Shown: positions 51,093 to 62,008, counted from the stretch's first letter. The stretch is DNA of 64,000 nt from Candidatus Oxydemutatoraceae bacterium (GCA_965219575.1 OZ244779.1:2028769-2092768); one strand, 5' to 3'. Notes: generated by a model from the letters alone, not told the origin. Made by a program: numbers and translations.

Positions 51093-52154
51093 CTATCCGA
51101 GGCGAGAACTATACTTGAATGAACTATGTGTAGTTGCCGCACAAGGCGGAGTAATTATTCGTAGTTTCGCCTGCGCATTTTTGTATAGCTCCCAAGGAAC
51201 ATCATCTATTGCCAAAGCGTTGTTTGCAAGTGCTTCGTGCTTCCATTTCATTGCAACCTGCTGTTTTACCAAATAGGCTGCAGCGGAGTAAGGTTTATAT
51301 TGGGGTTCGGAGATACAATGATGCTCGGTTATTAAATTCAGACTAGTTTTTTCGGGTAATGCACCAAGCTGCATAATAATATACGGTATTAGATATCTGT
51401 TTAAGGTTTTATATACTTTATACCGTTTATGCTCTAGCATAAAGATACGGCGATTAGCCGGCATAATCGTTTTTGCAATCTCTGCGTATTTACTATCATA
51501 TTCTTTTATGGTGTTTGCGAAACTTTCCTGTTGTTTGCAATATATACTAGAATTAAAACCATACTCTTCCGATAAGCGTTTTATACGATAATCTTTTTCT
51601 TTTTGAGATGATGGGGTTTTCTTGAGTTGACGACTTAAAAATACCAAATCTTTGCTGAAAATACGAATATGTTTAATACGTTTTTTTAGTATTTCCTCGG
51701 AAAATTTAGTTGGGTAATGAGCAAATAGCAGTATATCCCATTCCAGTTCGGGGGCAATTTTAAGAACCTCGGGAAAAGTCGGCAGTAAGGTGGCATCGTC
51801 CTCCAGTATGCACGCCCATTCGATACCCTTTTTGACCATCGAGTCATAAATTCTGATATGGCTTAATACGATAGCAAGCTGACCTAGGTTGGCATTTTTC
51901 CAGTTTTTGTCTTTCTCGGTTTTCGCATGATCGATGATCGCAGCATATTTGTTCTCCAAAAGCGACTTGTCAATACCTAACGATTGGGCAATTCGCATGC
52001 GATATGCTCTGGATTCTATCTCGTATTTATCAATATCGTCTACATCTACAAACTCGCACTCCAAACCGCGCGCATCCATCTGTCTTTGTATATGTAACTT
52101 GCGCTCGGGGTTGCGTTTTAGATTAATAACATAGATAGGAGGAAAGGTTGACAT
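51093..52154 (-). CDS. Glycosyltransferase family 25
   Basis: Same GT25 motifs. Confidence 0.9.
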   Translation of the reverse strand: MSTFPPIYVINLKRNPERKLHIQRQMDARGLECEFVDVDDIDKYEIESRAYRMRIAQSLGIDKSLLENKYAAIIDHAKTEKDKNWKNANLGQLAIVLSHIRIYDSMVKKGIEWACILEDDATLLPTFPEVLKIAPELEWDILLFAHYPTKFSEEILKKRIKHIRIFSKDLVFLSRQLKKTPSSQKEKDYRIKRLSEEYGFNSSIYCKQQESFANTIKEYDSKYAEIAKTIMPANRRIFMLEHKRYKVYKTLNRYLIPYIIMQLGALPEKTSLNLITEHHCISEPQYKPYSAAAYLVKQQVAMKWKHEALANNALAIDDVPWELYKNAQAKLRIITPPCAATTHSSFKYSSRLG

Positions 52155-52196
52155 TATGATTACTTGAACCGGAAATTTATTTCTTACGATAAACGA

Positions 52197-53234
52197 CTAT
52201 TTGATACGAGTACTATACATGAATGAGCTCTGTGTGGGTACCGCACAAGGCGGAGTAATTATTCTTAGCTTTGCCTGTGCATTTTTGTATAGCTCCCAGG
52301 GAACATCGTCTATTGCCAAGGCGTTGCTTGCAAGAGCTTCGTTCCTCCATTTGACTGCAACCGGTTGTCTTACTAAATAGGCTGTAGCCAGAAAGGTGAA
52401 GTATCCCGGCTCGGCGATACAGTGATGGTCGGTTATTAAATTCAGACTGTCTTTTTTGGGTAACGCACCGAACTTCGAAAAAATATATCCTTTTAGATAT
52501 CTGCGCAATGTTCTGTACTTCATATACAACTCAGGTTTAATTAAAAGCAAACGGCGATTAGCCGGCACAATCGTTTTTACAATCTCTGCGTATTTACTGT
52601 CATATTCTTTTATAGTATTTGCGAGACTCTCCGATTGTTTGCAATATGCGTGAGAATTAAAACCGTACTCTTCCATTAAGCATTTTATACGATAATCTTT
52701 TCCTTTTTGGAGTTGACGAATTAAGAATACTAAATCTTTGCCAAAAACACGGACGCGTCTAATAGGATTTTTTAGTATTTTAGCAGGCAATCCGATAGAT
52801 TTATTAACAAGCAACAATATATCCCAATCCAGTTGAGGGGTAATTTTAAGAACCTCGAGGAAAGTCGGCAATAACTTAGCATCGTCTTCTAGTATGCACG
52901 CCACATCGATACCATTTTTAACCATCAAGTCATAAACTTTGATATGGCTTAATATGATAGCAAGCTGACCCATGCCTGCATTTTTCCAGTTTTTGCCTTC
53001 CTCAATTTTTACACGATTTACTATCTTGGCATATTTGTTTGCCAAAATAGCTTCGTCTATACCCAGCGTGCGGCTAATCCGACTACGGTATTGGGACGAT
53101 TGCAAATCAAACTTATCAATTGCATCTACGAATTGATAGTTTAAGCCCAAAGTATCCAGCTGTCTTTGTATGTACAGTCTGCGCTCGGGAGTACGTTTTA
53201 GATTAATAACATAGATCGGAAGAAAGGTTGCCAT
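52197..53234 (-). CDS. Glycosyltransferase family 25
   Basis: Same GT25 motifs. Confidence 0.9.
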   Translation of the reverse strand: MATFLPIYVINLKRTPERRLYIQRQLDTLGLNYQFVDAIDKFDLQSSQYRSRISRTLGIDEAILANKYAKIVNRVKIEEGKNWKNAGMGQLAIILSHIKVYDLMVKNGIDVACILEDDAKLLPTFLEVLKITPQLDWDILLLVNKSIGLPAKILKNPIRRVRVFGKDLVFLIRQLQKGKDYRIKCLMEEYGFNSHAYCKQSESLANTIKEYDSKYAEIVKTIVPANRRLLLIKPELYMKYRTLRRYLKGYIFSKFGALPKKDSLNLITDHHCIAEPGYFTFLATAYLVRQPVAVKWRNEALASNALAIDDVPWELYKNAQAKLRIITPPCAVPTQSSFMYSTRIK

Positions 53235-53276
53235 GATAGTCTTTGAAATGAGAATTTATTTGTGTTTTACAAAGTA

Positions 53277-54341
53277 TTAGTGACGACGAACACTATGTAC
53301 AAGATAATTATATGTGGCATGCGCACAAGGCAAAGTAACTATTCGTAGCTTGACCTGCTCATTTTGGTATAACTCCCAAGGAATCTGGTCTATTGCCAAG
53401 ATGTCGGGAGCAAGGGCTCTGCGTTTCCACTTCATCGCAACCGATTGATTGACTAAATAGGCTGTAACCGAGTAAGGTGCATGTTGAGGCTCGGCGATAC
53501 AATGATGCTCGGTTATCGATTCCAGACTATTTTGTTCGGGAGAGGCACCGAGCTGAATGGAAGTATATATCCCTAGACATTGACGCACTTTTCTATATCT
53601 TAGGTATCGTTGATGCTTAACCAGAGATAAACGGCGTTTGTCCGGGATGATTTCTTTTATGATTTTCTTATATTTCATGTCGTGTTCTTCGAGAATTTTT
53701 ATAAAACGCTCCAACTGTTTGTCGTATAGATGAGAATTAAAGCCGTACTCTTTCAATGAACATTTTATACGGTAGGCTCTTTGCTTTGAACTATCGGCAT
53801 TGTTGATTTTACGATGACTGAAAAATAGTATATCTTTATCAAAAATACGAACACGCTCAATAAATTTTTTCTGTATAACAGCTGAGGAAAAATTGGAAGG
53901 CTGACTGGCAAGTAGCAGTATATCCCATTCTAGTTTAGGGGCAATTTTAAGAACCTCGGAGAAAGTCGGCAATAAGGTGGCATCATCCTCCAGTATGCAT
54001 GCCCACTCGATACCATTTTTGACCATCGAGTCATAAATTCTGATATGGCTTAATACGATAGCAAGCTGACCTAGGTTGGCATTTTCCCAGTTTTTGTCTC
54101 TCTCGGTTTTCGCATGATCAATGATCGCAGCATATTTGTTTTCTAAAAGGGATTCATCAATGCCTAATGATTGGGCAATTCGCATACGATATGCTTTGGA
54201 TTCCATCTCATATTTGTCAATATCGTCTACATCTACAAACTCATACTCCAAGCCGAGCGCATCCAGTTGTCTTTGTATATGTAGCCTACGCTCAGGGGTA
54301 CGCTTTAGATTGATAACATAGATGGGAGGATAGGTTGCCAT
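53277..54341 (-). CDS. Glycosyltransferase family 25
   Basis: Same GT25 motifs. Confidence 0.9.
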   Translation of the reverse strand: MATYPPIYVINLKRTPERRLHIQRQLDALGLEYEFVDVDDIDKYEMESKAYRMRIAQSLGIDESLLENKYAAIIDHAKTERDKNWENANLGQLAIVLSHIRIYDSMVKNGIEWACILEDDATLLPTFSEVLKIAPKLEWDILLLASQPSNFSSAVIQKKFIERVRIFDKDILFFSHRKINNADSSKQRAYRIKCSLKEYGFNSHLYDKQLERFIKILEEHDMKYKKIIKEIIPDKRRLSLVKHQRYLRYRKVRQCLGIYTSIQLGASPEQNSLESITEHHCIAEPQHAPYSVTAYLVNQSVAMKWKRRALAPDILAIDQIPWELYQNEQVKLRIVTLPCAHATYNYLVHSVRRH

Positions 54342-54373
54342 TATAGTTTTTGGAATGAATATTTGCTTCTACA

Positions 54374-55639
54374 TTACCGGCGACGAACACTATATTTAAA
54401 GTAGCCGTAAGTAGATGTCGCACAAGGCGGAGTAACTATTCGTAGCTTCACCTGCTCATTTTTGTATAACATCCAGGGAATCTGATCTATTGGCGAAATG
54501 TCGGAAGCAAGGGCACTGCGTTTCCATTTCATTGCCGTCGATTGATTTACCAAATAGGCTGCGGTCGAGTAAGGCGTATACTTCGGTTCGGCAATACGAT
54601 GATGTTTAGTTATTGATTCCAAACTACTTTTTTCGGGTAATGCACCGAATTGCATTGAAGTATGTATATCCAGGGCATTAAACAATTCACCGTATCTCCT
54701 CTTACATGATCTATATTTTATAAAAAATAAAGGGAGGTTATCCGCCATGGCTGCTGTCGTTATATTCTCTTTATTTATATAATGTTCTTCGATCTTTTTC
54801 ATGATGCCTTCCAACTGTCCGGGGTGCGGATCAATTCCGTAATTCTCCAATAAATTTTTTATTTGGTACACTCTTTGCTTTGAATTATTAGAGTTATTAA
54901 TTCGGAAGTTAAAAGGCCATAAATATTTAATAAACTCCTTAAATACAAAATATCTAAAACGCTTTCTCCGTAATAAATTTGAATGCCAAAAGCCGGTAGG
55001 CTGACTTGCAAGTAGCAGTATATCCCATTCCAGTCTGGGAGCAATTTTAAGAACCTCGGAAAAAGTCGGCAATAAGGTGGCATCATCTTCCAGTATGCAT
55101 GCCCGGTCAATACCATTTTTAACCATCGAGTCATAAATTTTGATATGGCTTGATGCGATGGCAAGCTGACCTAAGTTGGCATTTGGGGCTGTTGAAAAAG
55201 TATCCACGAACTATGGGAACGGTACATTCCCCTCCTTTGGAGGGGTGGCAGGCGCAGCCTGACGGGGTGGTTGTGTCCTATCTGCACTATTTTATTCATT
55301 CATCCAATTTATGGAAACCAAAACCAAATGGCGCAAGCGGTTGCGGTTGCAAGCTGACGATACTTTTTCAACAGCCCCATTTTTCCAGTTTTTGTCTTTC
55401 TCGGTTTTCGCATGATCGATTATCGCAGCATATTTGTTTTCTAAAAGCAGTTCGTCAATGCCTAACGATTGAGCAATGTGCATGCGGTATGCCTTGGATT
55501 TCATTTCATATTTATCAATATCGTCTACATCTACAAACTCACACTCCAAACTGAGCGCATTCAGCTGTCTTTGTATGTGTAGCCTACGCTCGGGATTACG
55601 CTTTAGATTAATAACATAAATAGGAGGAAAGTTTGCCAT
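54374..55639 (-). pseudogene. Glycosyltransferase family 25 interrupted by a MITE
   Basis: The N-part ...NWKN and C-part NANLGQLA... are separated by the MITE at 55185-55378. Confidence 0.9.
55185..55378. mobile_element. 194-bp MITE with 4-bp TSD ATTT
   Basis: Perfect GGGGCTGTTGAAAAAGTA IRs. The empty site GTTGGCATTTTTCCAG is seen in GT25 paralogs. Confidence 0.92.
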
Positions 55640-55696
55640 TATGGTTTTTGAGCCGAGAATTTATTTCTGCATTATAAAGCATTACCGCAACAAACC

Positions 55697-55949
55697 GGGG
55701 CTGTTGAAAAAGTCCCGTTTGGCAAGAACCCAATCGCTTTGCGCTGCATAATTATCCAACCCACCTGTAGGGGCAGACTTATATGTCTGCCTTTAAGTGC
55801 CATTCTGCACAGCCGTAACCGCTTGCGCCGTATGTTTTTGGTTTCCATAAATCGGGTGAATGAATGTATAAATCGTGCAGACATAACGCGTTACGGGCGG
55901 ACATGCCAGTCCGCCCCTACATTGTATGAAATACTTTTTCAATAGCCCC
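55697..55949. mobile_element. MITE copy
   Basis: Terminal IRs and two REP hairpins. Confidence 0.75.
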
Positions 55950-55961
55950 ATGTGAATATCA

Positions 55962-56399
55962 TCATGTTTGTAATATAAAAGTAACCGGCCCCTCGTTGAC
56001 CAGCTTGACTTGCATCGTCGCACCGAACTTGCCACGGCTGAGTTTGGAGTATACGCTACGCATGTTTGTATAGAGATGTTCAAACAGCGAGCAAGCAGTT
56101 TCGGGTTTTGCGGCTTTCGTAAAACTGGGACGCATACCTTTGTCCGTGTTCGCAGCTAAGGTGAATTGCGGCACCAGCAATACTTCACCGCCTACTTCCG
56201 TAACCGGTAGGTTCATTTTGCCTTCGTTGTCGGAAAATATACGATAACCTAAGATGCGCTCTCCCATGCGCATGGCACATCGTTTGTCGTCGTCGGGTTG
56301 TACCGCAACTAATACCAGTACACCACGGCTAATCTCGGCAACGATATTGCCTTCTATCCGTACGCAACCATAACTAACTCTTTGTAGCAAAGCAATCAT
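55962..56399 (-). CDS. dtd: D-aminoacyl-tRNA deacylase
   Basis: MIALLQRV, RIFSD..GKMN, PQFTL, RPSF and NEGPVT motifs. Confidence 0.95.
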   Translation of the reverse strand: MIALLQRVSYGCVRIEGNIVAEISRGVLVLVAVQPDDDKRCAMRMGERILGYRIFSDNEGKMNLPVTEVGGEVLLVPQFTLAANTDKGMRPSFTKAAKPETACSLFEHLYTNMRSVYSKLSRGKFGATMQVKLVNEGPVTFILQT

Positions 56400-56415
56400 C
56401 TCCGTATCACGGATG

Positions 56416-57369
56416 TCATCCGCCGATACGCTCCGCCATTGCATCGGTACTTCGTATCAAACGGTCGGTAATACCGTGTTCAAAAGCCGAATGCCCTGCT
56501 TCTGCAACAATATGTAATTCGGCTTTTTGCCAATGCCGGTGCAATAACCATGCTTGTTCAATCGGACATACAATATCGTAGCGTCCATGAACAATCATTG
56601 CCGGTATATCGGAAAGCCTATTCATGTGGTTTAACAACGGTCGATCCTTTAGAAAAACATGGTGAACAAAATAATGGCACTCTATTCTCGCCAGGCTCAA
56701 TGCGACTTTATCTCGAGTGAAAAAGTCAATCACTTCTGTATTGGAATTTAGATTGGATGTGCATGCTTCCCATCGCGCCCATGCTCTTGCCGCTTGTAGT
56801 CGCACATCTGTATCTTCGCTCGTTAGGCGGCGATAATACGCACCGACCATATCCTTTCGCTCTTCGGGTGGAATGATACTTTGATAATCTTTCCAAAAGT
56901 CCGGAAATATATAGCTTGCGCCATCTTGATAAAACCATGCTATGTCTCTCTCCCTACACAAGAATATGCCTCGCAAAATAAGCCCTAAGCAACGTGCAGG
57001 ATAGATTTGAGCATATGCAAGGGCTAGAGTAGAACCCCACGAACCACCGAATACAATCCATTGCTCAATTCCTGAATCTATGCGTATTCGCTCCATGTCG
57101 TCTATCAAATGCAAGGTGGTGTTGTGGCGTAACTCGGCGTGTGGTGTGGAACGACCGCAACCTCGCTGATCAAATAGAACGATACGATAGAGTTCGGGAT
57201 TAAAAAAGCAACGATGACTCGGCTCGCAACCGGCACCCGGTCCGCCGTGCAGAAAAACAACCGGCAACCCGTTGGGGTTGCCGCTCTCTTCTACATACAA
57301 TACATGGTCGTTATCTACACTAAGCGTGTATTGCTTATAAGGTTCAATCGCAGAATAAAGATGGCGCAT
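56416..57369 (-). CDS. pip: Proline iminopeptidase
   Basis: HGGPG, DQRGCGRS, GGSWGSTL, GRYDIVCP and AGHS motifs. Confidence 0.95.
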   Translation of the reverse strand: MRHLYSAIEPYKQYTLSVDNDHVLYVEESGNPNGLPVVFLHGGPGAGCEPSHRCFFNPELYRIVLFDQRGCGRSTPHAELRHNTTLHLIDDMERIRIDSGIEQWIVFGGSWGSTLALAYAQIYPARCLGLILRGIFLCRERDIAWFYQDGASYIFPDFWKDYQSIIPPEERKDMVGAYYRRLTSEDTDVRLQAARAWARWEACTSNLNSNTEVIDFFTRDKVALSLARIECHYFVHHVFLKDRPLLNHMNRLSDIPAMIVHGRYDIVCPIEQAWLLHRHWQKAELHIVAEAGHSAFEHGITDRLIRSTDAMAERIGG

Positions 57370-57425
57370 AGCTTGTTCCTCTAGGTGCTATAATAATGCT
57401 TAATACTACCTATCAAATACCAAAA

Positions 57426-58286
57426 ATGTTTCGTGAATTTCTTAAAAATTATTTTATACCGGTATTGATCGGTCTATTAAGTAGAAGTAACACCAACTCA
57501 TTTTTATCAACAGGCATTACAGACTTATTATTAAATTTATATATGAACAGGGCGATTGTAAAAAGACAATTTAACCAATATACAAAACAGCACGTTTTTA
57601 ATCATAATGCCTTATGGTCTTTTCCCGGAAGCGGCAATCACTGGGTCCGTTTTATAACAGAGTATCTTACCGGTTGCCCTACCCGTGGTTGCGCATCAAA
57701 TCCAAAAGATATTCCTATATATCTAAATACTTTCCCTAGTGAAGAACACCCATTAGTCCATGTAAATCCGGAAAATCCTTTCATTCTTTATAAATCTCAT
57801 ACCGCTTATACAACGAATTTCAGGAACGCTATTATACTACTGATTAGAAATTACCATAACTATCTTAGCGGGCTATCTCAAGGTGTATTGAGTTTTGAAA
57901 AAAACAGTAAACTTCGTTTTCTATGTGGGGCTATCACTCATTTTGAGTTGATAAATGTCTACGATCGTTTTAGTGGAAATAAAATGGTTATATACTATGA
58001 AGATTTATTGACATACCCGGAAAGAGAAATATCTCGTATTAGATATTTTTTGAATGGATCTCATGAACGTTATGAGGCTTTCATGGAGAACTATGACCAC
58101 TATGCAGAACTTTCTAAGCAAGGAAAAGGTAGAGATTGGCTTCATAATGATGAATACGTCCAAGAGATGAAAAATCAAAAAAAGTTAACCAAGCAGGATA
58201 TAATAGCTAGAAAAAATATCTTTGGGATATTGCTTGCCACCAAACGATACCAAAATGTAAAACCTTATCTCACTAGATACGGATAA
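57426..58286 (+). CDS. Sulfotransferase-domain protein
   Basis: SFPGSGNHWVR PAPS-binding-like loop, KSH, LIRN and YEDL. Start 57426 chosen by alignment to its paralog. Confidence 0.65.
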   Translation: MFREFLKNYFIPVLIGLLSRSNTNSFLSTGITDLLLNLYMNRAIVKRQFNQYTKQHVFNHNALWSFPGSGNHWVRFITEYLTGCPTRGCASNPKDIPIYLNTFPSEEHPLVHVNPENPFILYKSHTAYTTNFRNAIILLIRNYHNYLSGLSQGVLSFEKNSKLRFLCGAITHFELINVYDRFSGNKMVIYYEDLLTYPEREISRIRYFLNGSHERYEAFMENYDHYAELSKQGKGRDWLHNDEYVQEMKNQKKLTKQDIIARKNIFGILLATKRYQNVKPYLTRYG

Positions 58287-58484
58287 TTACATCGCAAACC
58301 ACCTTCCTTTGAGTAGTATCCTATATGTCTACTCCTCTGACAAATAACATCCGATTAACCGGACAATTAGCTGTTAAAAAATCGGCACAACAACCTTGCG
58401 TTAATTGTCTAATAGATGATGGTATCATACACTTTTTTCTATATGTTCTACAGTAACCTCAATACTACTTAAAAAATACCATAA

Positions 58485-59312
58485 ATGTTTCGTAAATTAC
58501 TTAAACGTCCGATGTTAGTATTCGCCGGTTTATTATTTAATAAACTTAATAGCAACTCTTTTTTTTCAAGAAAAATAGGAAACTTCTTATTACATTTTTT
58601 TTTAACTACCCAGAAAAAAGAAGCTAACTATTTCAGTAAAAAACTTACTTTTGATCACAATACACTATGGTCGGCTCATAGGAGCGGCAATCATTGGACT
58701 CGTTTTATAGCTGAATATCTTAGCGGTTGTCCTTCTGCAGGATGCATAAGAAATGAAAAAGATGTTCCTATTTATCTAAATACTTTTCCCGGTAAAGAAC
58801 ACCCATTAGCCCATGTGAATCCGGAAAATCCCTTTGTTCTTTATAAATCACATTGGGCTTATAAAATAACTTCAAGGTCGGCCATTTTGCTGATAATTAG
58901 AAATCATCATGAAGCTATTAGCCGTCCAAGTAAACTCAAAGAACTTGTGCTTACAGCTTTTCTATATTTAAACTTAATAGCCGCCTACGATCGTTTTAGC
59001 GGAAATAAAATGGTTATATACTATGAAGATTTATTAACATACCCTGAAAGAGAAATATCTCGCATTAGATATTTTTTGAATGGATCCAATGAACGTTACA
59101 AAACTTTAATGGATAACCATGACCACTACGCAGAACTCATGAGACAAGGAAAAAATAGAGACTGGTATGGCTCCCACTCTGCTAGAGATCTTAAATTTCA
59201 TCAAAAAAAATTAAGCAAGCAAAATCTAATAACTAGGAAAAATGTTTTTCAAGCGTTACTCGCCACTAAACAATATCAATGCGTAAAGCCTTATCTTGCT
59301 AAATACGGATAA
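58485..59312 (+). CDS. Sulfotransferase-domain protein (tandem paralog)
   Basis: SAHRSGNHWTR loop; strong similarity to the upstream ORF. Confidence 0.65.
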   Translation: MFRKLLKRPMLVFAGLLFNKLNSNSFFSRKIGNFLLHFFLTTQKKEANYFSKKLTFDHNTLWSAHRSGNHWTRFIAEYLSGCPSAGCIRNEKDVPIYLNTFPGKEHPLAHVNPENPFVLYKSHWAYKITSRSAILLIIRNHHEAISRPSKLKELVLTAFLYLNLIAAYDRFSGNKMVIYYEDLLTYPEREISRIRYFLNGSNERYKTLMDNHDHYAELMRQGKNRDWYGSHSARDLKFHQKKLSKQNLITRKNVFQALLATKQYQCVKPYLAKYG

Positions 59313-59351
59313 TTGCAATGCGAGCCGACCTCCTCCTTCAGAATATCCCAT

Positions 59352-59801
59352 ATGTCTATTCCTCTCACAAATAACATCGGATTAACCAGACGCTTAGCCG
59401 CAATAGTGTATGACTTGATTTTATTGTTTGCGGTTCTGCTCATTGCAAGTTTGCCGTGGGCAATCTCGGGTATACAACAAGGTCAAGCAGGTTATTTGTT
59501 TTATGTGTTTTTTATCTATGCACTAATCCCTCTATACTATATAGGTTTCTGGGTATACGGCGGTCAAACACTCGGTATGAAAACATGGAAAATACGCGTT
59601 GTAGATGTGGAGGGGCATCCGATAGGATGGAGAAAAGCGTTGTTGCGTATCGTTTGTGCCGTTTTATCGTCAATAGTCTGCGGCTTTGGATTTATCCATG
59701 TGCTTTTCGATAAGCAGAATCGTGCTTGGCACGATATTCTGTCAAAAAGCCGATTGATCAGCGTATCACCCTATCCGCATAAGACATTCAGCACAAAGTA
59801 G
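59352..59801 (+). CDS. RDD family membrane protein
   Basis: RRLAAIVYD, GQTLGMKTW and RAWHD motifs. Confidence 0.9.
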   Translation: MSIPLTNNIGLTRRLAAIVYDLILLFAVLLIASLPWAISGIQQGQAGYLFYVFFIYALIPLYYIGFWVYGGQTLGMKTWKIRVVDVEGHPIGWRKALLRIVCAVLSSIVCGFGFIHVLFDKQNRAWHDILSKSRLISVSPYPHKTFSTK

Positions 59802-59803
59802 TA

Positions 59804-60886
59804 TTAGCCACAGCGAACACTGTATTTAAGGTATTCGTAAGTAGCCGTTGCACAAGGCGGAGTAACTATTCGCAACTTCACTTGTTCATCTTTGTATAAC
59901 TGCCAAGGAATCTGGTCTATTGCCAAAATGTCGGGGGCAAGTGCTTCGCGTTTCCATTTCATTGCAGCCTTTTGACTTACTAAATAGCTTGTAGCCGCAA
60001 GGGGACAATATTTTGGCTTGGCGATACGATGATGCTCATTTATCCATTCCAGACCGCTTTGTTCAGGCAATGCACCAAGCTGTATAGAAGTATACAATGC
60101 TAGACATTCATGCAATTTTTTATATGTTTCATATCTTATATATCGTTCATGCTTAAACAAAAATAAACGAAGTATAGGCCGGTACGAGAGTTTTATAATC
60201 TCTTTATACCTTATGCTATATTCTTCATGAATTTGTGCGATTTTTTCCGATTGCTTAGGATAGAGATGAGGATTGATACCGTACGCTTCCAATGGGCTTT
60301 CTGCCGGATAAGCTCTTCGCTTTGAATTATTAGAGTTATTAATTTCATGGTTCAAGGATAGTAAATATTTAATAAACTTTTTCAAAAGTAATAAATATCC
60401 GGGTCTGGTCTGTTCTACATATTCTAGGAAGGAAAAACCAGAAGGCTGACTGGCAAGTAGCAGTATATCCCATTCTAACTCGGGAGCCATTTTAAGAACC
60501 TCGGCGAAAGTCGGCAATAGTGTAGCGTCGTCTTCCAGTATGCACGCCCGCTCAATACCATTTTTAACCATCAAGTCATAAATTTTGATATGGCTCAATA
60601 TGATAGCAAGCTGGCCTAGGTTGGCATTTTTCCAGTTTTTGTCTTCCTCGGTTTTTGCATGATCAACTATCGCAGCATATTTGTTCTCTATAAGGGATTT
60701 ATCAATACCTAATGATCGTGCAATCCGCATGCGGTATGCTTTGGATTTCATTTCATATTTATCAATATCGTTCACATCTACAAACTCATACCCCAAACCA
60801 AGCGCATCCAGTTGTCTTTGTATGTGCAACTTACGCTCGGGGGTACGCTTTAGATTGATAACATAGATAGGAGGAAAAGTTGCCAT
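59804..60886 (-). CDS. Glycosyltransferase family 25
   Basis: GT25 motifs. Confidence 0.9.
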   Translation of the reverse strand: MATFPPIYVINLKRTPERKLHIQRQLDALGLGYEFVDVNDIDKYEMKSKAYRMRIARSLGIDKSLIENKYAAIVDHAKTEEDKNWKNANLGQLAIILSHIKIYDLMVKNGIERACILEDDATLLPTFAEVLKMAPELEWDILLLASQPSGFSFLEYVEQTRPGYLLLLKKFIKYLLSLNHEINNSNNSKRRAYPAESPLEAYGINPHLYPKQSEKIAQIHEEYSIRYKEIIKLSYRPILRLFLFKHERYIRYETYKKLHECLALYTSIQLGALPEQSGLEWINEHHRIAKPKYCPLAATSYLVSQKAAMKWKREALAPDILAIDQIPWQLYKDEQVKLRIVTPPCATATYEYLKYSVRCG

Positions 60887-60928
60887 GATAGTTGATTGGA
60901 CCGATACTTTATTTCTGCATTATGGGCC

Positions 60929-62008
60929 TTATCGGCGGCGAACACTATGTACAAGATAACTATATGCAGCCGTTGCACAAGACGGAGTAACTATTCTTAA
61001 CTTCACTCGCTCATTTTTGTATAACTTCCAAGGAATCTGGTCTATTGCCAAAATGTCGGGAGCAAGTGCTTCGCGTTTCCATTTCATTGCTGCCGATTGA
61101 TTTACTAAATAGCTTATCGCTGAGAGAGGACAGTATTTTGGTTCGGCGATACGATGATGCGCATTTATTGATTCCAAACTGCTTTGTTCGGGCAATGCAC
61201 CAAGTTGAATAGAGGTATGAAACACTAAAGCTCCGTATAATTCGCTATGTCTCTTCTTACAATATCTCAACTCGGTCCAAGATAAACGGAGTTTTTTCGG
61301 CATAGCTGTTTTTATAATCTCTTCAAACTTTGCGTCATATTCTTGATAAATTTGTGCGATTCTTTCCGACTGTCTAGGATAAAGGTGGGGATTGATAGCA
61401 TACACTTCCAATAAGCGTTTTACCGGGTAAGCTCTTTGCTTTGCGCTATTAGAGTTATTAATTCTATGGTTCAAAGATAATAAATATTTAATAAACTTTC
61501 TCAAAAATAATAAATATCTAATAGGTTTTGTCTGTACTAGATCTATTAGAGGCCAAAAACCAGAAGGCTGACTGGCAAGTAGCAGTATATCCCATTCTAA
61601 CTCGGGAGCCATTTTAAGAACCTCGGCGAAAGTCGGCAATAGTGTAGCGTCGTCTTCCAGTATGCACGCCCGCTCAATACCATTTTTAACCATCAAGTCA
61701 TAAATTTTGATATGGCTCAATATGATAGCAAGCTGGCCTAGGTTGGCATTTTTCCAGTTTTTGTCTTCCTCGGTTTTTGCATGATCAACTATCGCAGCAT
61801 ATTTGTTCTCTATAAGGGATTTATCAATACCTAATGATCGTGCAATCCGCATGCGGTATGCTTTGGATTTCATTTCATATTTATCAATATCGTCTACATC
61901 TACAAACTCATACTCCAAGCCAAGCGCATCCAGCTGTCTTTGCATGTGCAACCTACGCTCGGGGGTACGCCTTAGATTGATAATATAGATAGGAGAAAAG
62001 GTTGCCAT
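60929..62008 (-). CDS. Glycosyltransferase family 25
   Basis: GT25 motifs; the N-terminal part is nearly identical to the neighbouring gene. Confidence 0.9.
   Translation of the reverse strand: MATFSPIYIINLRRTPERRLHMQRQLDALGLEYEFVDVDDIDKYEMKSKAYRMRIARSLGIDKSLIENKYAAIVDHAKTEEDKNWKNANLGQLAIILSHIKIYDLMVKNGIERACILEDDATLLPTFAEVLKMAPELEWDILLLASQPSGFWPLIDLVQTKPIRYLLFLRKFIKYLLSLNHRINNSNSAKQRAYPVKRLLEVYAINPHLYPRQSERIAQIYQEYDAKFEEIIKTAMPKKLRLSWTELRYCKKRHSELYGALVFHTSIQLGALPEQSSLESINAHHRIAEPKYCPLSAISYLVNQSAAMKWKREALAPDILAIDQIPWKLYKNERVKLRIVTPSCATAAYSYLVHSVRRR

Noticed and set aside
50001-62008. GT25 array as a diversity-generating retroelement or integron cassette array
   Set aside because: There is no reverse transcriptase, no adenine-specific template/variable pair and no palindromic attC in the 42-bp spacers.
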